NCBI GenBank assembly: GCA_964035545.1
Contig: OZ037770.1
Span: 12,824,642-12,888,641 of the forward strand
Reading direction: 5' to 3'
DNA length: 64,000 nt
Source of the DNA: Bugula neritina
Taxonomy: Eukaryota > Animalia > Bryozoa
Shown one piece after another: positions 54,373-64,000 of this stretch. The number at the start of each line of letters is the position of its first letter. Within the stretch, counting starts at the first letter, position 1. The translations under genes and the position numbers were made by a program. The notes beneath the pieces were generated by a model. It ran no database searches. It was not told where the DNA came from and saw nothing but the letters and a program-made list of their open reading frames with translations.

Positions 54373-55628
54373 TATGTGAAATCAGCCAATCATGTAGGAC
54401 TATTCAACTTTCAGTTTGTGGCAGCCAATCAGAATTTCTATTAGTACCATGTTTTCCTATCTGTAACAGACAGTAACTCTACATCTTGTAAAATCACATT
54501 CTGAAACGAAACTTTCTACAAGAAAATCTCTCTGAATGAGTTTCTCATTGAATAAACAGAAGATAATATTTAGAGATCAAAGCTGAGCAAGAATCAACCT
54601 TTGCTACATTATTGTAGACTTCAGATGGTAATAAGATGAGTTGTAATAGTCAATATGAATATGTGATCAATTGACTACTGATAAGACTAACTCTACACAA
54701 GTGTATTCTCAATTATTTGCTGTGAGTATGCTGTCAAGCTGATAATATGCTGTCTGCTACAAAATAAGAAGAATAATGTGAAGTTATAGCTGAACCGTAT
54801 GAGTTTAAATGCAACTATGTTGACTTTGTGTAGAAGTAGAGCTATGCAGTTGTCGACTAGAAATTTCTATGTGCAGATACTGTATGCAAATAAAGGACCC
54901 ACTCTTCAGTGTTACAGTAAAGTATGCCATATAGTATGCAATATACTATACAACATACATGTTGCTACGAAATTAAAAACTTGCTTGAGTTTGTATAACT
55001 TATTCTGAGTTTGTGACTAAACAGCACCAGCTTTTGGGTAGACAATTCTTGTACTATAAAACTCAGATTTAAATACAGCAGTTATTTTTAACATATATTA
55101 TAATATAGTATATATGTAACATAATCTATAGTAATACAGGTAATAAAATAAGTGAAACTGGTGAACACTATTTTCTACAAACCTGAAATATCTCAAAGTC
55201 ACTGAGTAATGTATTCTATGTCTCAGCTGCTAACCACCCCATAGCTATCATTTGATCAGTAAACAGTCACATGATAATATTACAAGCTATGACCACCTGC
55301 CAACCGAAAACATAGCGTTACAGTGAGTACATAATTAAATGTTTTGCCACTGATAAGGGTCAGTTTATTATTCTAAGAGCATTCGATAATATGTGGAGTA
55401 GCTCAATGCTTATCTATAACACATAATAGGACTATAATTGGCTTAGTTTAATAACTATAGCTTGTGACAATAATTATTCTATAAGGTTAAACTGTGTACA
55501 ATTTAGTATGGCTGTAAGAATTCTTATAAATAAACTCAGTAACACCAAGAGCTGAGAGGATATAATTACTCTCTAACTCTCTCAAAAAATAATTAGTAAA
55601 CTACTACTGAAAGTGACACTACCAGTCT

Positions 55629-56050
55629 TACCTACCTACCTACCTACCTACCTACCTACCTACCTACCTACCTACCTACCTACCTACCTACCTACCACTG
55701 CTATTGTTGCAGCTACCACCACAACCACCACTGCTGTTGCTATTGCTGCTGCTACTACTGCTACAACTACCACTGCTATTGCTACCACCGCTACTGCTGC
55801 TGCTACTGCTACCACGACTGCTACCACTACTGCTACTGCAAGTACTGCTACTGCAAGTACTGCTAATATAAGTACTGCTACTACAAATACTGCTACTGCT
55901 ACTGCAAGTACTGCTGCTGCAAGTTGCTACAGTTGCTGCTGCCGCTGCTGCCTGCTACCACTACCTGCTACTACTATAAGTTACCGGCTACTACTATGGA
56001 TTACTACCACTGGCACCACCACCACTATTATTACTACCACTGCCACCACT
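55629..56050. repeat. (CCTA)n microsatellite followed by a CTA/CTG/CCA triplet-rich tract
   Basis: Read directly from the sequence. Confidence 0.95.
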
Positions 56051-56328
56051 AAGTATAATAATAGTCCATGGGTTATCACCATTTCAATATCATTATGAGA
56101 GTGAGTGGGTAAAAATTAACTGAGAGGTGTATTATTACACCTACTTATACTTAGTTTTATAGTTCTATTCATAAAATTACATTTAGATTTACATAATCAT
56201 AATGATAATATAAAATAATAGTATAAGTATCACTAAGATAAACTAAAACACAATACACCGAATGTCACCAATTAAAATTAGTAATCTGCAACGACTACTA
56301 CTACTAGTACTACTACTACTAGTACTAC

Positions 56329-56635
56329 TGTGGTGGCTCGTGGAGCTACCAGCAGCACAGTACGCAGGGTCGCGTAATTGACCCGGAACGATGACAGCCA
56401 ATTAGCGGCTTTAATAGTTAGCAGCAGTAGTAGTTTTCCCGCTGTTAGTCAGTCGAAGTTAGAGTGTTGAATAGTCTAGATGTGTGGAATTATTATTGTA
56501 TTTGTATCGTTTTTTGTAATGTACTCTTGTGTTTAAAATATATACTCGTTCACTCGACTTATCCTGGTGCAGTTCTCTAGCAAGTAATTAGACTCTCTGG
56601 ATCGCATATCAACCCTAATTCTGAAAATTATAACA
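56329..56635 (+). repeat. 5' LTR (307 bp)
   Basis: Matches 63477-63782 with about 7 substitutions and 1 indel by eye. Confidence 0.97.
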
Positions 56636-56636
56636 G

Positions 56637-56654
56637 TGGTGGCAGCGGTGGGAT
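56637..56654 (+). promoter_or_regulatory. Primer-binding site, tRNA-Leu
   Basis: TGGTGGCAGCGGTGGGAT is complementary to the 3' 18 nt (ATCCCACCGCTGCCA-CCA) of eukaryotic tRNA-Leu(AAG/TAG); it starts 1 nt after the LTR. Confidence 0.9.
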
Positions 56655-56668
56655 AGTGCACATCCAAG

Positions 56669-57622
56669 ATGGAGACTGAAAACGCTGGAATGCAACCACC
56701 GGCAGTAGAAGGTGAGCGTAGAGACAATGCTGTAGAGACAATGCCTGTCAACCATGTAATAGAAGAGCGAAGGGTTCCGCGAGAACTAACTGAAGACCGC
56801 TACCGGTTAAAGGCGTCCACCTTCACGGGCGAAAAAGAGGTGGAGCAATTCATCCAAGAGTTTGGCGACGTAATGGACGTCGCCCAGTGGCCCCCTAGGG
56901 TGGCCCTGCTGAAGCTTAGAATGGCATTGATAGACAAAGCCAAGCCTTATGGGCTGGGCGTAGACATCGATAATATCTTTGCTTCTCTGCGGGCCCGCTT
57001 CGGCCTCTCTGCTACAGATGCCCGGGCCCGACTGCAAAGGTTGCGGCGTGATCCCCGCACCCCGCTGCGGGAACATGCCGCCGCGGTTATGAAGCTGGCA
57101 CAGATCGCATACAGCGACTTGCTCCCAGTCAACCGCTAGAGGTATACCCTTGACGCCTTCATAGCATCTGTCGACGATCTGGGTCTCCACCACCAGTTTC
57201 TAGCTAGGGGAGTCACCACCGTCGAAGATGCTCTGACAGAGGGGGAAGCTTACCTCCTAGCCAATCAGATGCATAAAAGTCGCAGAAACTCCCGCCAAGT
57301 GGAGGTAGACCGCGCGGACACGGCAGCGGGACGAGAGGAGGAAACCTCCGCAACGGCTGCCGTGGCTCAGTTAGCGACGGCATCGAAAGTCACTCAACTG
57401 ACAGACATGCTGGCCAAACTGATAGCAACACTGACACCCCAAACCCCAGTAGGTACCGCCACTGAGCCCGTGCAGCTACCGGCGCCGCCACCGGGGGAAA
57501 CGGTCAGTTTTTGCTGGGAATGCGGAAATCAAGGACATTTTCGCAGGTACTGTCTCTACCTAACTCCGGGGTTAAACTACCGCGGCCCGCAGATGTTCCC
57601 ACCTCTTGCGGGCCGGCGATGA
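56669..57622 (+). pseudogene. gag: gag with a CCHC zinc knuckle, interrupted by an in-frame TAG
   Basis: ORFs 56669-57139 and 57269-57622 share a frame; CWECGNQGHFRRYC = CX2CX4HX4C. Confidence 0.9.
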
Positions 57623-60600
57623 AACCTCCAGGGAAGAAGAAACGCAGGTCACCCAGACAGGTGCCGCGTGCTGGCAACCAACAGTAGCAACAGCCGCGAC
57701 GGACCAACAAGGGGCTCCGCCCCGCCGCTGCCTTTTTCGTGCCCCTCCACAATCGATTCGACGGGCTACCAGCCCAAGAATCCGGATGGGAGCCAGCAAA
57801 GGTAGCCGGAAATCTAGCCTCGGCACCTTCGAGGTCCACTTACGGCCATCCCAAGAGACCTCCTTCGCGACCCAAAGCGAGGGAGGTACTCCCTGCGAGA
57901 GTAAGGCCTGAAGAGAGAGTTCAGGTGCAGCCCCATGGGAACAGCTATTTCTTGCCCGGTAAATTGGAAGGCAAAGCTGTTACTTTTCTCATTGATTCAG
58001 GCTGTACCACGAACCTCCTAAGCCGCCAACTCTTCGACACCCTCAGTGCTAGGGTCAGGGACGAGATGGAACCATACGGGGGGGGGGGAGTATGGCACCC
58101 TAGCTGACGGGTCATGCCTTCCCTTCTATGGTATAATTGAGCTGACGGGACGAGTCCGTGATCAAACGATCCAAGAGACGTCTATCGTCAGTCAGCTCAA
58201 GGAGGACGCCATCCTCGGGATGCCATTCCTAAAATGGCACGGATGTCACATCGATTTTAGTAAATCTGCGATGGTGATGTCCGGGCGGGAACTCGCCTGC
58301 GTCGACAAGTTTGGCCGCCCTTTGGTGGGAGGGGTGCGGGTGGTACGCAACCGTACCATACCAGGCCGCTCCCGGGCTACCATTCACTGCAGGGTGAACA
58401 ATAGCCGGATCTCTGGACTCGGGGTAGTCGAAGGCGCGCACGAAAGGATCCAACTTGCCAGCAGTCTAAATCAGCTGACTGAGCAAGGGGAGATCTTGGT
58501 GCAGTGCGTCAACCCCTTTACCGAGTCTGTCAAGCTTCCGGCTGGGTCTATGCTGGGCCGTTTTCACTCTGTTCAGGAGGAGGACGTGGGCCCGTTGCTG
58601 GGTGATGCGACGGAGGCATCCTCTCGGTGCCCTACTCAAGGGCGAAGGACAGTCCCAGCACATCTCCGGGAGTTATATGAAACAGCCTGTGGCGGCTGCG
58701 CGAGTAACAAAGAACGCCAAGCTATGGCGAAGTTGCTACGCGACTACGGTGATGTGTTCAGCAGCGAAGATCATGACGTGGGGCTGACTGGAGTTGTCAG
58801 ACACGAAATACCGCTGACTGCAAGGACAGTCCCTATTCGGCAACTCACACGCCGGCTGGGGCCGGAGAAAGAGAAGGAGGTTAGCCAACAAGTACGGGAT
58901 CTTCTGGATCGCGGCCTCATAGAGCCCGCCCATAGTGCGTGGAGCTCGCCGGTCGTACTGGTCCGGAAGAAAGATGGCAGTTGGCGGTTCTGTGTGGATT
59001 ACCGCAAACTCAATAGCGTAACCATACAGGACGCCTACTCTCTACCTCGTATTGACGAGTCATTGGATGCCCTAGCCGGCAGCAAGTACTTCAGTACGTT
59101 AGACTTGCTGAGTGGCTACTGGCAAGTCCCTCTGAGTCCCGACGCCCAGGAGAAAGCGGCGTTTATCACACGGGACGATTTGTGGAAGTGGAAGGTGTTG
59201 CCTTTCGGGTTAACCTCCGCTCCAGCCACCTTCCAGAGGTTGATGGAGCAAGTCCTCAGCGGGCTCCATTGGAAGACACTGCTGATCTACCTCGATGATG
59301 TCATCGTGATCTCCCCAGACTTCGAGACGCATGTCAGTCGTCTGCAGGAGGTCTTCGAGAGGCTCCAAGGTGCCGGTCTTAAGCTCAAACCTTTCAAGTG
59401 CGCTCTATTGCAGCCGGAGGTCAAGTACCTGGGGCACGTTGTCGGTCGAAACGGCGTGGCAACGGATCTCGAAAAGGTACGGGCGATAGAAGACTGGGTC
59501 ACCCCCTAAGACTTGACCGGACTTCGGGCTTTCTTGGGGCTGGTAAGGTATTACAGGCAATACATACCAGAATTTGCGAGCATAGCGCAGCCATTAAACC
59601 GGCTCATCGCAAAGGGGGTGACGTGGCAGTGGACCCCAGTCGAACAAGGAGCGTTCGACCGCCTCAAGGGTTGCCTACTAACGGCGCCCATCTTGGTCTA
59701 CCCAGACCCCACTCTGGAGTACATCCTCGACACTGACGCCAGTGACCAAAATGTTGGCGCTGTGCTGTCTCAAGTGCAGAAAGGCCGAGAGGTAATAGTA
59801 GCCTACTACAGCAAGTCTCTCTCACCCACTGAACGAAATTACTGCATTACCCGCAAGGAGCTGCTGGCAGTAATCAAGTCAGTGAAGCACTTCAGATCAT
59901 ACTTATACGGCAGGAAGTTCCGGCTGCGTACGGATCATGCCTCGCTGATCTGGTTGTGCAAGAGAGCAGAGCCCTCTAGTCAGGTCGCCCAGTGGCTCGA
60001 AATCCTAGCTGAATTCTCGTACCGGATCGAACATCGGCCGGGCAAGAGACACAGCAATGCGGATGGTTTGAGCCGCCGACCTGATGGAGGTTGCAAACAG
60101 TGTCTCAACATCGAGAGGAGGGACGGAGGTTTCCCTGCGATGCGAGTTGGAGACATTAGCTCACCACGGAGCACCGTTTGACTGGGACCAGGGTCAACTC
60201 AGGCAGGAGGTTGACGAGTCCCCGGAGGTTGTACAGAACCTCCGCGCCAATCCTGTACTGGCCGATAATGTCCAGGAGCTGAAGAAGCTCCAAGAGGAGT
60301 TGCCTGGGGTAGTGGCAGACATATATCGGGCCAAAAAGGACGGGCGACGACCCAGGGAGGAACGCATACGGCAGGGATGCGCCGAGTTCCGGCTACTCTG
60401 CCAGCGTTGGGACTCGCTGAGGATCGGGCAGGATGGTCTGCCCCAGTGCCATACGCTGTGAGTTAATCTAGGACACTCACAAACAGGCCCACGCAGGGGT
60501 CAAGAGAGTGATCTCCAAATTACAACTCCGGTGGTATTGGCCCAAAATGGGGCGGGATGTCCGGCTCAGAGTAAAGCAGTGCGAAATCTGCCAGGCCAGC

Positions 60601-62092
60601 AAGCATGGCCGTCTCCCTGGTGAAGCGGGACGGCGGAGGCTATATGCTGGCAGGCCGTGGCAAGTGGTAGCTGTTGACCTGGTCGGACCCATGCCCCTGA
60701 CCCCCAGAGACAATAGTTGGATCTTAGTACTGACCGACCACTTTACTAGGTGGGCAGATGCTCTGGCTATCCCAGATGCGTCAGCCCCAACAGTGGCCAG
60801 GACGCTAGACCAACATGTATTGTTATTTCGGGCTCCCCAAACAGATACACTCTGATCAAGGCGCTCAGTTCCAGTCTCAACTGATAAGCGACCTTTGCCG
60901 CCTCTGGGGAGTAAATCAGAGCAGGACCACCCCCTACCACCCTCAAGGTAATGGGGTGGTGGAGCGCAACAACCGGATGCTAGGTGATGCGCTCCGGAGT
61001 CTCCTCCTTGGACGCAGCCAAGAGGAATGGGACAAGGTGTTGCCGCAAGTCATGCGTGCATACCGTAGCACCCCACACACCAGTACTGGTGAGACCCCAA
61101 ACCTCTTGATGCTTGGGAGAGAGACCCGCGTCCCTGACCATCTCACCTACCACGTTCCAGAGCTAGACAACTCGATTCACGAGTATGCCAGTGAACTAGT
61201 GGAACGAATGAAGGCCGCACACGATATACTGCATGAACAGCAGTGGAAGGTGTGACACGAAGATTCCGAGGAACCACCCCTCTATCAAACGGGAGATAAG
61301 GTGTGGATGGTCAATTACCGTAGGCGTCGCGGACAGGCGGCTAAGTTACAGCCTAAGTTCGTGGGACCCTACGTGATCGTCGAGGCTATGCCCAACCATA
61401 CGTACAAGATTGAGCGTTCAGGACAGGTGTCTATCCAGAATGAGTCTCGCTTAAAGCCGTATTGGGCTAGCCCCGACGCGGTGGGAGAAGCTCCCCCCCC
61501 GTTGTTGGAGCCCAGGAGGCAGACAACAACGCGTGGGCGACGGCGGCAGGGACCTGAATATGAAGTGGTCATACCGGGGGAGGAAGAATTGGTGAGAGAT
61601 GAGCGACTGCTTTTACCATCAGAAGCGTGTCCGCCACCGCCAAATCTGATTCCACCACTTCCAGAAACCGAGCCGGTTCCGGAAGTGCAAACCCCCATGG
61701 AGGGAGGGGCTCCATCCGGAGAACCAGAAGACATGACCACTAACGGTGAAGTAGAGACGCCACCAGAGGCCCCTACTAATACACCGACGAGTGCGTCACC
61801 TCCCCTAGAGCGGGGACAACATACGAGGCAACCCCCCGCATATTTGAAGGACTTCGTATGCGACTGCGTTAAAAGCGGCGCGTATGAAAGTCTAGGGAAA
61901 AACCGTACGAGAAAAGTATCGAGCAAATGTGGGAGTTGTCAACACCACGAAAATGTCAACTTTTGTATCGGCAGAAATAGAAACAAAATTCATCCGCCGG
62001 GTGCACAAAGTCTTAATCACGCACCCCAACCACGTTGCTCGATCTTTTCATACGCTGATGCAGTCAAGAGTAGACGTGTTCCTAATCAGTAG
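57571..62092 (+). pseudogene. pol: pol (protease, RT, RNase H, integrase), disrupted
   Basis: FLIDSG protease, YLDD RT, TDAS/RTDH RNase H, VDLVGP/HSDQG/NGVVER integrase. The protease frame is -1 relative to gag, with a possible slip site GTTAAAC near 57571. Frameshifts near 58080, 60130, 60460 and 60818; in-frame stops at 59507 and 61253. Confidence 0.93.
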
Positions 62093-62116
62093 TCCAAACC
62101 ATTTCACAAATTCAGT

Positions 62117-63189
62117 ATGTCTTACGACAACAGATCGTGGGGTGAGTTAACTATATCTTGATATGGAAACTAGATTGCATCACTCAGCTCCGACTCACTG
62201 AGTCAAATGAGCTGGAGATAGGCTAGTGAACTACCGTGGTAAGAACTCAGTTTGACTTAGAGATTTTATAATCTCATTGCAATACGTGTTCTATCTGACT
62301 ATTCACTACCATAAATCTCTACGAGGTAACTGAACGAGAAGTTGCCAGGCTATTCAAGCCGACAACACTGCAGTGTATTATACTAACGCTGTTGAAACTC
62401 TTTCAGGTTACACTCGACCCGTTACAACCAGGGTACGGGATAGAGCACTTCCCGCTCCGCATCCTGAGGAGTATACCAATGGTGACCGGCCCGAGCTACT
62501 GCGCCGCCGTTGGCGGTGGGTGTCGCCGGAGACAGAGGAGCAGATAGAAACAGCCTGGGGATCCAAAAGAAAGGACGCGGTGCCAGATTTGTGACGAGGA
62601 GTGCGCCTCTCACCGCTCCTTGAAGCTGCATGTCAACGCCCATCTATTGCTCACGTTCTGCCCCTGTGGATATAACGACGTCTACCCCTACCCCGTTACC
62701 AGACATCAGGCGACGGGCTGTTTCTCCGAAGAGAATTATGTGGTGGATGCCAAACTCTATCCAGAATTCTTAACTCTGATACGACCTCTAGTGAAGAAGG
62801 CAATGTTGTTGGCCGTCCTGACCTCGGGCTTCCAACGCGTACTAGACTACGCCAGGCAGCAATCTCCATTGGTGTCCGACCGCCCTCAGATTGCGTATAC
62901 CCCCGAAGAGTTTTCCTATCCTGAAGAAGGAGAAGTCTTCCCTACCCCGACGAAGAGACGGACCCGGTCTCCAAGTCCCCCTCTTCGTCGCAGACGGACA
63001 CCGTCCCCAGACTCTGCTCGCCTGGCCACAGTAGAGGAACGCCTCCTCCGACTGCAGGCTGAGTTTACCCAGTTAGCACCAGATCTGCTTAATACCACGA
63101 CGGGACTCTTTCAGCTAAAAGGCTCGGTGGGCCGGATTAAAAAGAAATTACGTACATGCCAGGCCAAACATGGGCGTGCCCAACACTGA
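62117..63189 (+). pseudogene. Spliced accessory ORF of the retrotransposon: tandem zinc fingers, RS/P-rich segment and coiled coil (one frameshift)
   Basis: Exon 62117-62141 (ATG...TGG G|GTGAGT) joins in phase to TTTCAG|62407. CQICDEECASHRSLKLHVNAH (C2H2) starts at 62581, followed by CPC-x12-H-x4-C. A 1-nt shift near 62557-62560 is needed to join the two frames. Confidence 0.65.
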
Positions 63190-63476
63190 CTCTGGTTCTG
63201 TTGCCCGGAATGATCCACAAGCCTCGTCCTCTTGGGAGACCCAAGACTATCGTGCAAATGCTTGACTGCTCGACAGCCGATTCCTTGTCCAATACCACAA
63301 CTAGCCGGTATTCTATAGCTGGCCAATTGTATGTGACCTGCTGTTATAATGACTCTGTCTGTTATTATGTATCTTTATATGTGTTATGTATTTTCTTTTG
63401 GTCTACTGATGTATGTGGTTAATGATGAACGTTTTTTTTATATATCAGAAAGAGGGCTTTCTGCTGGTGGGGGCGG

Positions 63477-63782
63477 TGTGGTGGCTCGTGGAGCTACCAG
63501 CAGCACAGTACGCAGGGTCGCGTAATTGACCCGGAACAATGACAGCCAATTAGCGGCTTTAATAGTTAGCAGCAGTAGTAGTTTTCCCGCTGTTAGTCAG
63601 TCGAAGTTAGAGTGTTGAATAGTCTAGATGTGTGTAATTATTAATGTATTTGTATCGTTTTTGTAATGTACTCTTGTGTTTAAAATATATACTCGATCAC
63701 TTAACTTATCCTGGTGTAGTTCTCTAGCAAGTAATTAGACTCTCTGGATCGCATATCAACCCTAATTCTGAAAATTATAACA
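63477..63782 (+). repeat. 3' LTR (306 bp)
   Basis: TG...CA ends, preceded by GGTGGGGGCGG and followed by the CTAC TSD. Confidence 0.97.
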
Positions 63783-64000
63783 CTACTACTACTAGTACTA
63801 GTAACTAGTGAATAATAATAATCATCATCATCAGTAAATGACCAAATCAAAATGAGTAATGAGATGTCACTTAAACCCTAGGAATAGGTTTACCATCTAC
63901 TTCCAGTAAAAACAATTTCAGAAGTTTAAGTTGAAGCTTCTGTTAAAATAAATGTTAAAATAAGCTTTTGAAATGAGGATTGACTTTCACTTTGAGAAAG

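Larger units (their letters stand above)
56329..63782 (+). mobile_element. Full-length Ty3/Gypsy LTR retrotransposon, coding-defective (7454 bp)
   Basis: TG...CA LTRs at 56329-56635 and 63477-63782, CTAC 4-bp TSD, PBS, purine-rich tract before the 3' LTR, PR-RT-RH-IN domain order, and a sharp rise in GC content. Confidence 0.97.

Noticed and set aside
55613-56098. 161-aa Thr/Ala-rich mucin- or antifreeze-like ORF
   Set aside because: It lies entirely in (CCTA)n and triplet microsatellites, starts at GTG, and has no splice or signal-peptide support.
62620-63189. env gene
   Set aside because: No signal peptide, fusion peptide or TM helix; it carries zinc fingers instead.
56807-63326. Numerous minus-strand ORFs in the retrotransposon
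   Set aside because: Expected in GC-rich sequence antisense to gag/pol; no recognisable motifs.

Overview
AT-rich, intron-rich animal (invertebrate-like) genomic DNA; the species cannot be named from sequence alone. All gene models were built by hand by chaining splice sites with consistent phases, so none has transcript support yet. From left to right: (1) the 3' end of a + strand gene whose last intron contains a 7-exon antisense gene; (2) a small secreted cationic 4-Cys peptide gene; (3) a 97-aa MGCC/PPxY/glycine-zipper protein gene; (4) two tandem paralogous 15-exon single-pass receptors with FN3 and F-type-lectin-like (FTP, F5/8-C fold) domains, apparently nested inside one another, and with unrelated cytoplasmic tails, one carrying an ITIM; (5) a complete 17-exon gene (about 1498 aa) encoding LRR-Roc GTPase-COR-caspase; (6) a full-length but decayed Ty3/Gypsy LTR retrotransposon with an intron-containing zinc-finger accessory gene. 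Gene (5) is the main candidate for a new system. Its LRRs sit on symmetric 144-bp cassette exons in an 824-bp tandem array. The introns of the array are homogenised, while the exons differ almost only at predicted ligand-contact residues. This suggests a diversifying intracellular sensor wired directly to a death or inflammatory protease. tRNA-derived SINEs and micro/minisatellites are scattered throughout.
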